From the NCBI GenBank assembly GCA_034520665.1, contig JAXHNJ010000003.1:11057-75056 (forward strand): DNA of 64,000 nt, written 5' to 3'. A program made the position numbers and the translations under genes. Below the pieces are notes generated by a model. It did no database searches. It worked only from the letters and a program-made list of their open reading frames with translations, and was not told the DNA's origin. Origin of the DNA: Patescibacteria group bacterium. GTDB lineage: Bacteria; Patescibacteriota; Patescibacteriia; JAXHNJ01. Numbering within the stretch: position 1 is the first letter of the stretch; every line of letters begins with the position of its first letter. Shown here piece by piece: positions 46,541-55,106 of this stretch.

Positions 46541-47792
46541 TGTTTATTCTCTTTATATCCGCCCCTAAATCTTTTAATCGCCGGTCAATATCTTCATAGC
46601 CTCGGTCAATTATTTCGGCTTGGTCAATTTCAGTGGTGCCTTCGGCAATGAGCCCGGCAATAATAAGAGTAGCGCCGGCTCTAAGGTCAGGGCTTTTGAT
46701 AAATTGGCCAAAAAGCGGTGTCGGACCGGTAATTAAAACGCGGTGCGGATCGCAAATAGTAGCGTTAGCCCCCATTTTCATTAATTCTTTAATATGGCTC
46801 ATACGGTTTTCAAAAAGAGGGTCATGAATTAAGCTGGTGCCCGGGCATTGGGTGGCCAAAACGGAAAAAGGAGCCTGTAAATCTGTGGGAAACCCCGGAT
46901 AGGGCATGGTTTGCACTTTAAAAGATTTCAAGCTTCTGGATTTTTTTATTTTAATATAATTTTTTTTCTCTTCTAATTTTACACCGGCCGCTTTTAATTT
47001 TAATACTACGCTTTCCAGATGTTCCGACACCACTTGTTTGATAGTTAATTTCGAACGGGTAGCCGCAGCCATAACTGCAAAAGTGCCGGCTTCTATCTGA
47101 TCCGGTATAATTTTATAAGAACCGCCTTTTAATCTTTCAACTCCTCTTATTTTCAGAGTATGAGTGCCAATGCCTTTTATTCTAGCTCCGAATTTATTAA
47201 GAAAATTACACAAATCCTGCACATGTGGCTCAGCGGCCGCCATTTTAATAGTGGTCAGGCCTTGAGCTAAAACAGCAGCCATAATCGCGTTTTCTGTTGC
47301 AGTAACTGAAAATTCTGGTAAAATAATAGTAGAACCTTTGAGATTCTTAGCTTTTAAAATATACTCTTCGTTTTTTTGCTCTATTTTAGCCCCTAGTTTT
47401 TTAAAAACATACAAGTGAGTATCAATCGGTCGGCTACCAATAATACAGCCGCCGGGTTGGGGAATTCTTACCTCTTTGAAACGAGTCAAAAGAGGAGCTA
47501 ATAAAAGTATGGAAGAGCGCATGGCTTCAACTTTTTCTTTGTTCAACTGGTTAAAACTAATATCCCCGGCCGAAACTTTTACTACATTATTTTTAAAATT
47601 GACCGCCACTCCTAAACTCAACATAATTTCTATTAAAGTTCTGACATCGGCAATATTAGGCACATTTTTTATAACAAAATTTTTATCAGATAAAAGAGTA
47701 GCCGCTAGAATCGGAGTCGCCGCGTTTTTCATACCGGATATATTTATTTCTCCTTTAAGGGATTTACCACCCTCAATAACAAATTTAGACAT
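46533..47792 (-). CDS. murA: UDP-N-acetylglucosamine 1-carboxyvinyltransferase
   Basis: KNAATP, PGGCIIGSRPID, PYPGFPTDLQ, DLRAGA, IDRGYE. Confidence 0.97.
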   Translation of the reverse strand: MSKFVIEGGKSLKGEINISGMKNAATPILAATLLSDKNFVIKNVPNIADVRTLIEIMLSLGVAVNFKNNVVKVSAGDISFNQLNKEKVEAMRSSILLLAPLLTRFKEVRIPQPGGCIIGSRPIDTHLYVFKKLGAKIEQKNEEYILKAKNLKGSTIILPEFSVTATENAIMAAVLAQGLTTIKMAAAEPHVQDLCNFLNKFGARIKGIGTHTLKIRGVERLKGGSYKIIPDQIEAGTFAVMAAATRSKLTIKQVVSEHLESVVLKLKAAGVKLEEKKNYIKIKKSRSLKSFKVQTMPYPGFPTDLQAPFSVLATQCPGTSLIHDPLFENRMSHIKELMKMGANATICDPHRVLITGPTPLFGQFIKSPDLRAGATLIIAGLIAEGTTEIDQAEIIDRGYEDIDRRLKDLGADIKRINNE

Positions 47793-47847
47793 ATTTTATA
47801 CAAATCAATTGTTTATATTTTAACTTTAATATTAAAATTAGTCAAAG

Positions 47848-49161
47848 ATGACGATTAAAAAAAGAAGAATATTTTACCTGGCGCTTTTTTTGGTATTTAT
47901 TATTTTGGCCCCGATAATAGTTTTATACGCTACCGGCTATAATTTTAATATTGGGCAGAAAAAATTCACTAAAACCGGTTTTCTGGCGCTTGATTCCTAC
48001 CCTCAAAACGCTGATATCTATATTGATAACACAATCACTAAAGAAAAAACCCCGGAAAAATTCCGCTACCTCAGCCCCAGGCTTTATAATATTAAGATTA
48101 AAAAAAGCGGCTATACTGACTGGTCAAAAAATTTAAAGATACTGCCAAACCTATCTACTTTTGCCGAAAAGATAGTTTTATTTTTAAAAAAGCCCTTAGC
48201 TGAAAATTTATTAGAAGAAAATATTACTCAATATAAAGTTTCCCCAAATGGTGAAAAAATAGCTCTTGTTATAAAAAAAAATGATTATCAAGTTTTAGTT
48301 ATTGACTTAAAAAATAAAAATAAAAAAGTGATTAAAAAGTCTATTAAGTCACCGATTACCCAAATCGAATGGATTGATAATTTTTTGTTTTTAGCCGGGA
48401 AAAATGAGGAAAAAAACGAGTACCAGATTATCAGTACCATTTATTCAGAAGAAATAAATCTTTCCGAAATTTCTGATAAAGAGTTTACAAAAATAGAGCC
48501 TTATAAAGATAACTTTTATACTTTATCGGAAAATATTCTTTACAAAATTGATTTATCAAATAAAAAATTAACTAGAGTTTCTGAAAAACAAGTAAGTGAT
48601 TTTACAGTCAAAAATAATATTTATTATATTGGAAAAAATAATCAAGAAAAGAATCTTTATCGTCTTGAAAACGATGAAGATAAAATAATAGACAATTTAA
48701 ACTATAAACTTAATTATCGTTTTATTAGTTTAAAAAATAATAATTTCATACTGGCTTCAGAAAATAATTTTTTTCTTTATAAAGATGAAAATATAAGAAT
48801 AAATTTTAATCAAAAAATTACAAAGGCTGAGATTTCTCCAGACAGTAAAAAATTAATGTATTATAATTCTCATGAAATTTGGCTTTATGACTGGGAAAAA
48901 GAAGAAAATCATTTAATTACTCGCATCAGTGAAGAAATAAAAAATTCTTTTTGGTATCCGCGCCACCATTACATAGTTTATGAAGCAGCTAATACTATTA
49001 AAGCCACCGAGGTAGATTTAAGAGATAAACGCAATCAAATCACTCTGTATGCGGCTTCTGAAAATATTGATTTTATTTCTTTGGTTTCAGAAAAATATTT
49101 ATCTTTGATAACCAAAAAAGAACCATTGTCGGTTCTTAAATTGCTAAAAATACAAAAATAA
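47848..49161 (+). CDS. membrane-anchored PEGA-domain protein with beta-propeller-like C-terminus
   Basis: TM plus YATGY, TG.LALDSYPQNADIYID, YNIKIKKSGYTDW; SPNG/SPDS repeats. Confidence 0.8.
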   Translation: MTIKKRRIFYLALFLVFIILAPIIVLYATGYNFNIGQKKFTKTGFLALDSYPQNADIYIDNTITKEKTPEKFRYLSPRLYNIKIKKSGYTDWSKNLKILPNLSTFAEKIVLFLKKPLAENLLEENITQYKVSPNGEKIALVIKKNDYQVLVIDLKNKNKKVIKKSIKSPITQIEWIDNFLFLAGKNEEKNEYQIISTIYSEEINLSEISDKEFTKIEPYKDNFYTLSENILYKIDLSNKKLTRVSEKQVSDFTVKNNIYYIGKNNQEKNLYRLENDEDKIIDNLNYKLNYRFISLKNNNFILASENNFFLYKDENIRINFNQKITKAEISPDSKKLMYYNSHEIWLYDWEKEENHLITRISEEIKNSFWYPRHHYIVYEAANTIKATEVDLRDKRNQITLYAASENIDFISLVSEKYLSLITKKEPLSVLKLLKIQK

Positions 49162-49162
49162 T

Positions 49163-49882
49163 TTAGCTTTCGTTTTTTTCAGCCATAATTTTATTAGCCC
49201 GAAAGAGTGATTTAAAAGTGCCGGCATCAGTCCAGTTATTCTTAACCATAGCAAATTTCATCTTCTTATCTTTGATGTAATGATTATTAACGTCAGTAAT
49301 TTCTAGCTCTCCCCGATCAGAAGGTTTGAGGGTTTTGATAATTTCAAAAACATGATTATCATAGAGATAAAGCCCGGTCACGGCCAGGTTAGTGGCCGGA
49401 TTTTTCGGTTTTTCTTCAATCTTGGTAATTTTATCTCCCTCAACACTGGCTACGCCAAATCTTTCCGGATCGGCAACTTCTTTAATAAAAATCATTGATC
49501 CGTCTTGGTGTCGGGCAAAATCCTGCATTGGCGCGGCAAAATTATCAACAAAAATATTATCTCCCAAGATCACGGCTATTTTCTCTTCATCAGCAAAGTC
49601 ACGAGCCAAACCCAAGGCCTGGGCAATACCGCCGGCTTCTTCCTGGATTTCATAGGTTAGATTAACCCCAAATTCGCGGCCTGAACCGAGTAAATTAAGA
49701 AAATGACCGGCGTGTCCTGGTCCGGAAATAATTAGAATATCTTTAATACCGGCTCTAATCAGAGTTTCCAAAGGATAATAAATCATCGGCTTGTCATAAA
49801 CCGGTAATAAGTGTTTATTGGTTACTTTAGTGAGCGGCTCCAGGCGTGAACCGGTACCGCCAGCTAAGACTATTCCTTTCAT
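49163..49882 (-). CDS. rfbA: glucose-1-phosphate thymidylyltransferase (short form)
   Basis: GIVLAGGTGSRL.PLT..NKHLLPVYDKPMIYYP, RGELEITD, WTDAGT. Confidence 0.9.
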   Translation of the reverse strand: MKGIVLAGGTGSRLEPLTKVTNKHLLPVYDKPMIYYPLETLIRAGIKDILIISGPGHAGHFLNLLGSGREFGVNLTYEIQEEAGGIAQALGLARDFADEEKIAVILGDNIFVDNFAAPMQDFARHQDGSMIFIKEVADPERFGVASVEGDKITKIEEKPKNPATNLAVTGLYLYDNHVFEIIKTLKPSDRGELEITDVNNHYIKDKKMKFAMVKNNWTDAGTFKSLFRANKIMAEKNES

Positions 49883-49900
49883 AGTTTATATTCTATTATT

Positions 49901-50725
49901 TTATAAAATTTTTGTCAAAAACTCCCTTAAAGCCTCGGGCCACTTTCTCATCGGCTTTAGCTTATTATTATTTAAAATGGAATATTGGGGCCGCAAAGCT
50001 GGCCGGGGGAATTGATCAGAGGTAACCGGCAATAATTTTATTTCTTTTTGAGCTATTTTAAAAATGGCCCGGGCTAATTCATACCAGGTACATGAGCCAG
50101 CATTGGTGGTGTGATAAATGCCAAAATCCTGATTTTTTTCTATTATTTCTTTGGTTTTTTGAGCTAAATCTAAGGCGTGAGTCGGTGAGCCGTGCTGATC
50201 ATTAACTACTTTTATTTCCTTTTTTTTATCGGCCAAATCCAGCATAGTTTTAACAAAGTTAGGACCGTTTGGCCCGTAAAGCCAGGCCGTTCTTAAAATA
50301 TAAAAATTATCGGTTTGTTCCTGAATTAATTTTTCTCCTAATAATTTTGATTTACCATAAACACTAACCGGATCAGGAGTGTCGTTCTCATCATAGCCGG
50401 CTTTTTTTTGGCCGTTAAAGACATAATCGGTGCTGTAGTGAATTAGCTTAGAGCCGAACTGGCGGCAGTATTTAGCTAAAAAGCCGACTCCCCGTCCATT
50501 AACTTCATAAGCTAGCTCTTGATTATCTTGACAGGCATCAACATCAGTATAAGCAGCCGCGTTAATCACTAATTCCGGCGCTTCTTTTCTAAAAAAAGCT
50601 TCAATCATTTTTGGCTTAGTAATATCTAATTCATCTTTATCCAAGCCCAAAGGATAATAACCAGAAAACTCTGACATTAATTCAGAACCGAGCATACCTT
50701 GCGAGCCAATAATTAAAGTTTTCAT
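49901..50725 (-). CDS. rfbD: dTDP-4-dehydrorhamnose reductase
   Basis: GSQGMLG, AAYTDVD, STDYVF, YGKSK, DQHGSPT. Confidence 0.95.
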   Translation of the reverse strand: MKTLIIGSQGMLGSELMSEFSGYYPLGLDKDELDITKPKMIEAFFRKEAPELVINAAAYTDVDACQDNQELAYEVNGRGVGFLAKYCRQFGSKLIHYSTDYVFNGQKKAGYDENDTPDPVSVYGKSKLLGEKLIQEQTDNFYILRTAWLYGPNGPNFVKTMLDLADKKKEIKVVNDQHGSPTHALDLAQKTKEIIEKNQDFGIYHTTNAGSCTWYELARAIFKIAQKEIKLLPVTSDQFPRPALRPQYSILNNNKLKPMRKWPEALREFLTKIL

Positions 50726-51354
50726 GTGATCTGGTGATTAGTTATTTTTTTTATAAATTGATGATTCTTATTTATTTTCGGACCCAGACGCGGATATTTT
50801 TTAAATCTCTGATAAGCTTTTTTAAAGCTGGAAATGACCGGTTTTTTCTTTTTTTGATCAAAGGAGGTGCGCATATCAGCGTAGGCAATAATTTTTTCTT
50901 CAATAGTCTCGGCTAAAGTATTTCTATTTTTAAATATACCATATTTTTGGTTTGTTTTCTTATCTAGTCCAGCCCCACCCAGGTGAACCAGGCAAATTCG
51001 GGCCAAACTTTCCGGGTAGCCCTCTTTTTTTAAAATATTATAACCCCTCAGCCCGTGGTAAATAGCCGGCTCTATCTCTTTAGAGCCAGGGCTGCCGGTT
51101 TTCATCCGGCCGATATCATGGACAAAAGAGGCCGGTTTTAAATAATCTAAATTGACTAGAAATCCATTTTCAATAGCTAGGTGCGCGATTTTTTTGGCAA
51201 AATTATAAACCACCTGGCTGTGTTTCCAGGTATTATTAACTTCTTGGGGAATGGCATTCTGAGCGGCAATTTTCTGCATCAAAGACTTAATCACCGGTAG
51301 TGAATACTTTTTGGCTTGGTAATTAATTTTCTTATTTAGCTTTTTAGCCACCAT
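50722..51354 (-). CDS. HD-domain (HDIG) metal-dependent phosphohydrolase
   Basis: HS..V, HDIGR, HGLRG, EEKIIAYAD. Confidence 0.87.
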   Translation of the reverse strand: MVAKKLNKKINYQAKKYSLPVIKSLMQKIAAQNAIPQEVNNTWKHSQVVYNFAKKIAHLAIENGFLVNLDYLKPASFVHDIGRMKTGSPGSKEIEPAIYHGLRGYNILKKEGYPESLARICLVHLGGAGLDKKTNQKYGIFKNRNTLAETIEEKIIAYADMRTSFDQKKKKPVISSFKKAYQRFKKYPRLGPKINKNHQFIKKITNHQIT

Positions 51355-51360
51355 TTAAAT

Positions 51361-51786
51361 TTATTCAATCTTTAAAATACTCTCATCCTCCATATAATAA
51401 TTCCGAAAACTTGAATATTTATAATCGGCTGCGTTTTTAACCAATTTGGCCCGGACAGGGTTAAAGTGGATGTAATCTAATTTTTGTTTTAAAAATTTCA
51501 TAGAAAAAATATTTTCTATCCAGTTGCGGCTTTGCCAGAGTTTGTAATTTTGATTATTAATATTTTGAGCGCCTTTTTTAAAACACTTTATTATTTTACT
51601 AGGAGAAGAACCGGTCCCCAGACCGGTTCTGGCTATATATTTACTAAGCTCAGGCCTGGGGGCCAGAGCTTCTCGGTGATTTAGAGATTTAATAATCTGT
51701 TTAGCGGTAAATTCTTTAAAATCGCGCATAATGTCCGATATAGAATTTTTACCCTGTGGCCAAATAATTGTGTGTAAATGATTAGC
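51361..51786 (-). pseudogene. 5'-truncated REP-associated tyrosine transposase (RAYT/TnpA-REP, HUH Y1) with an intragenic REP doublet
   Basis: in-frame ANHLHTIIW (HUH) upstream of the track ATG, MRDFKEFTAKQII, LWQ, KLDYIHFNPVRAKLV (catalytic Tyr), YKYSS; N-terminal part replaced by REPs, with an in-frame TAG near 51804. Confidence 0.88.
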
Positions 51787-52040
51787 AGAGATAAATCTTT
51801 TGTCTACGCGGTTTTATTTAAGAGCGGAGATAAATCTCCGCCTACGCGTGAGAAAAAATTTTTATTTTTCGATATCCGTGAAACCGGTAATCTTTTGCTT
51901 ACGCGTAAACAAACATCCCTATCCGTATAGGTGGAGATCTCTATCTCTAACTCTTCAAACGCGTAGCTGGAGATTTATCTCCAGATTTATATCCAGATTT
52001 CAATTCATCCTCATTACGCGTAGCTGGAGATTTATCTTCA
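51785..52040. repeat. GTAG-type REP cluster abutting the RAYT remnant
   Basis: GTAG-GCGGAGATTTATCTCCGC at 51824-51845 (-); variants at 51785-51807 (-), 51963-51984 (+) and 52020-52040 (+); flanks match modules at 25.7 and 41.6 kb. Confidence 0.88.
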
Positions 52041-52054
52041 AAGTTTAGAATAAT

Positions 52055-52275
52055 TAATTTTCAAATATCTTATTAGCTGAACAAGTTCAGCACACCGCCG
52101 GCCTTTTTATCAAATTTCAGCTGGATAAGTTCAGCACACCGCCGGCTGTTTAATTAAATAACTCCTTAAGGTTAGCGGCTTCACAAAACTTGTTTTGGGC
52201 AAAAGGTAACTTGATAATTTTCAAACATCTTATTAGCTGAACAAGTTCAGCACACCGCCGGCCTTTTTATTAAAT
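52055..52275. repeat. three copies of the hairpin GCTGAAC-AA-GTTCAGC-ACACCGCCGGC
   Basis: 61-bp copies at 52055-52115 and 52215-52275 (2 mismatches); shorter copy at 52119-52146. Confidence 0.88.
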
Positions 52276-52292
52276 AGTTTGCTTTATACTAG

Positions 52293-52320
52293 GTAGATGC
52301 GGGTCATGGCCCTCATCTAC
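52293..52320. repeat. 28-bp GTAGATG...CATCTAC palindromic element
   Basis: gtagatgcgggtcatggccctcatctac; related, with flanks, to 42412-42439. Confidence 0.8.
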
Positions 52321-52343
52321 GCCTGGTTTATTGTTTAATAATT

Positions 52344-53363
52344 TTATTTTTTATAGTGCTTTTCTTCCCATTGCTTAAAATGTTCACCGGATAATATTTT
52401 CTGCCACCAGTCCTGATTATTTTGATACCAGTTTATGGTTTTTTCTAAATTTTCTTTCAAAGAATATTTAGGTTCATAACCCAGTTGGTTTTTAGCTTTA
52501 GACCAGTCCACCGCGTAACGCCGGTCATGACCAGGCCGATCTTTAATATATTCTAAAGAATCTTTTTCTTTTTTATTCATAACTTTTAAAATCTGCCTGA
52601 TTAAATCTAAGTTAGAAATATCTTCGGTCATGCCACCAATGCAGTAAGTCTCCCCGATCTTGCCTTTTGCTAAAACTAAATCAATAGCCCGGCAATGATC
52701 AATGACATAAAGCCAGTCGCGAACATACAATCCATCACCATAGATGGGCACTTTTTTGCCTTTTAATAGATTAGTAATAGCTACCGGTAATAATTTTTCC
52801 GGATATTGATAAGGACCATAATTATTAGAAGTATTGGTAATAGTCACTGGTAAATTAAAAGACTTCCAGTAAGCTCTGACAAGGTGGTCAGAAGCGGCCT
52901 TGGAAGCTGAGTAGGGGCTGTTTGGTTTGAATTGGGTTTGTTCGTTAAATTTTTCTTGAGTATCTAAAGGCAAAGCGCCGTAAACCTCATCCGTAGAAAT
53001 ATGATGAAATCTCTGGCCGCCGTGTTTGACCGCCGCTTCTAGCAATACTTGGGTGCCAATAATATTAGTCTGGGTAAATTCGTGAGCGTAGCCCTGGATT
53101 GACCGGTCAACATGCGACTCAGCGGCAAAATGAATAATAGTATCAATATCTTTGACTAATTCATCGACTAACTTTTTATCACAGATATCCCCTTTGACAA
53201 ATTTATAATTTTTATTTTTTTCAATATCTTTGAGATTAGCCAAATTACCGCAATAAGTTAACTTATCCAGATTAATTATTTCGTCATCTGGATATTTTTT
53301 TAGCCAATAGTGGATAAAGTTAGAGCCGATGAATCCGGCTCCGCCGGTGATTAGTATTTTCAT
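52344..53363 (-). CDS. rfbB: dTDP-glucose 4,6-dehydratase
   Basis: TGGAGFIGSNF, AAESHVDRSI, STDEVYG, YSASKA, DRPGHDRRY. Confidence 0.97.
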   Translation of the reverse strand: MKILITGGAGFIGSNFIHYWLKKYPDDEIINLDKLTYCGNLANLKDIEKNKNYKFVKGDICDKKLVDELVKDIDTIIHFAAESHVDRSIQGYAHEFTQTNIIGTQVLLEAAVKHGGQRFHHISTDEVYGALPLDTQEKFNEQTQFKPNSPYSASKAASDHLVRAYWKSFNLPVTITNTSNNYGPYQYPEKLLPVAITNLLKGKKVPIYGDGLYVRDWLYVIDHCRAIDLVLAKGKIGETYCIGGMTEDISNLDLIRQILKVMNKKEKDSLEYIKDRPGHDRRYAVDWSKAKNQLGYEPKYSLKENLEKTINWYQNNQDWWQKILSGEHFKQWEEKHYKK

Positions 53364-53460
53364 GTTGTATTAATAAATTAATTTTTATTATATCTCAATC
53401 TCTTACACCATCTCAAGCGTAGTCGCGTTGGCATAACCTTATTTTCTATTTCATGATTAC

Positions 53461-53516
53461 GCCACTCCCGCCTGCCTTCGCCTAACGGCGAAGCCGTTGT
53501 CGGGCAGGAAAGTGGC
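53461..53516. repeat. nested GC-rich palindromes
   Basis: gccact[..cctgcc[cttcgcc-taac-ggcgaag]..ggcagg..]agtggc; also cggact-tt-agtccg at 53545-53558. Confidence 0.65.
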
Positions 53517-53640
53517 TAGGAAAAAAGAAAATATTATTTTCATACGGACTTTAGTCCGGTCTATTTTCTTTACGCCACTATTATAGAGGAAAGATCCATG
53601 TGAATGTTTTAAAGGGATTTCTCTATGTTGTCGACCACCC

Positions 53641-53668
53641 GTAGATGTCAGTCGCGACTGACATCTAC
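53641..53668. repeat. perfect 28-bp palindrome
   Basis: GTAGATGTCAGTCG/CGACTGACATCTAC. Confidence 0.9.
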
Positions 53669-53806
53669 TCTTTAATGATCGGAGGAAATGGGTAAAGGGG
53701 GTAAAAGCGGTCTAAATGGAGTAAAACTGTTATAGGCCTTGCTTGCCGGTGATTAGTAGTTTCATAATATGATAATAAATAAATCTTTTTAGTAGTGTGC
53801 GTAATC

Positions 53807-53842
53807 GAGACTGCCACGCTCATTTTATTCGCTGGCAGTGAC
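53807..53842 (-). repeat. GTCA(C/T)TGC...GCA(G/A)TCTC-type dispersed palindromic repeat just downstream of ahcY
   Basis: minus strand gtcactgccagcgaataaaatgagcgtggcagtctc; may also act as a terminator or stabiliser. Confidence 0.5.
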
Positions 53843-53849
53843 TTTCAGT

Positions 53850-55106
53850 TTATGTGCCGACTGACCACGAAGCTAAATATTTTTTTTGCTCCGGGGTAAG
53901 TTTATCAATTTTCACACCCATAGCTTTTAATTTCATGCTGGCTACTTTTTCATCAATTTTTTGAGGCACGCCATAGACTTTATTAGTCAAATTCTGAGGC
54001 TCCCCGGCCACCCACTGGCAGCAAAGAGCCTGGTTAGCAAAACTCATGTCCATAACTGAAGCCGGATGACCTTCAGCGGCCGCTAAATTAATTAAACGTC
54101 CGCCCGCTAAAACATTAATTTTCTTATTGTTTTTTAAAGTATATTCTTTAACAAAATTTCTGGTGTCACGGCTGGATTTTGCCATCTTCTTTAGAGTTTT
54201 TAAATCTATTTCCACGTCAAAATGACCGGAATTACAGACCACGGCCTCGTTTTTCATCATCTCAAAATGTTTTTTTCTAATAACATTAATATCACCGGTC
54301 AAAGTGATAAAAATATCCCCAATTTTAGCGGCCTCGGCCATGGGCATGACTTGAAAGCCGTCCATAACCGCTTCAATGGCTTTAAGGGGATCAATTTCCG
54401 TGACAATAACATGAGCGCCCAGTCCTTTAGCTCGCATAGCCGCTCCCCGGCCACACCAGCCATAGCCGGCAATAACCACCTTCCGCCCGGCTAATAAAAT
54501 ATTGGTGGCCCGGATGATACCATCCATCGTGCTCTGGCCGGTGCCATAGCGGTTATCAAAAAAGTGTTTGGTGTTAGCGTCATTAACGGCCACTACCGGC
54601 AGTTTTAAGACTTTATTTTTGGCCATGCTTTTTAAGCGAATGACACCGGTAGTAGTTTCCTCCATAGAAGCGTAAATTTGCTTTATTTGGTCTTTTCTTT
54701 GGCGGTGAAGGGTAGACACCAAATCAGCCCCATCATCCAAGGTAATGACTGGTTTTTGGTCTAGAACGGCGTTTAAATGCTGATAATAAGTCTTTTTATT
54801 CTCGTTGTTAATAGCAAAGACCGGAATCTGGGAATTTTTAACCAGAGCGGCCGCTACCTCGTCCTGAGTGGATAATGGATTGGAAGCGCATAAATAAACC
54901 TTAGCCCCGCCAGCCTTTAAAGTGCGCATGAGATTGGCCGTTTCAGAAGTAACATGCAGACAAGCCCCGATTTTCAGGCCCTTTAAGGGTTTACTTTTTT
55001 TAAAATCATTTTTTATCTGGCGCAAAACATCCATTTGTTTTTCGGCCCACTCAATTCTAATTTCGCCTTGTTTGGCTAATTTAATCGATTTAATGTCGTA
55101 GTTCAT
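53850..55106 (-). CDS. ahcY: S-adenosylhomocysteine hydrolase
   Basis: CLHVTSETA, NPLSTQD, EETTTG, FDNRYGTGQS, GYGWCGRG, GHFDVEI, GHPASVMD. Confidence 0.97.
   Translation of the reverse strand: MNYDIKSIKLAKQGEIRIEWAEKQMDVLRQIKNDFKKSKPLKGLKIGACLHVTSETANLMRTLKAGGAKVYLCASNPLSTQDEVAAALVKNSQIPVFAINNENKKTYYQHLNAVLDQKPVITLDDGADLVSTLHRQRKDQIKQIYASMEETTTGVIRLKSMAKNKVLKLPVVAVNDANTKHFFDNRYGTGQSTMDGIIRATNILLAGRKVVIAGYGWCGRGAAMRAKGLGAHVIVTEIDPLKAIEAVMDGFQVMPMAEAAKIGDIFITLTGDINVIRKKHFEMMKNEAVVCNSGHFDVEIDLKTLKKMAKSSRDTRNFVKEYTLKNNKKINVLAGGRLINLAAAEGHPASVMDMSFANQALCCQWVAGEPQNLTNKVYGVPQKIDEKVASMKLKAMGVKIDKLTPEQKKYLASWSVGT

Noticed and set aside
51800-52048. 82-aa ORF from the track (also 25379-25570, 25602-25787 and 41237-41446)
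   Set aside because: These are largely translations of REP palindromes or terminators with no independent coding signal.
52055-52275. Possible mini CRISPR array
   Set aside because: Only three copies, very unequal spacing, duplicated flanks rather than unique spacers, and no cas1/cas2 in the window.
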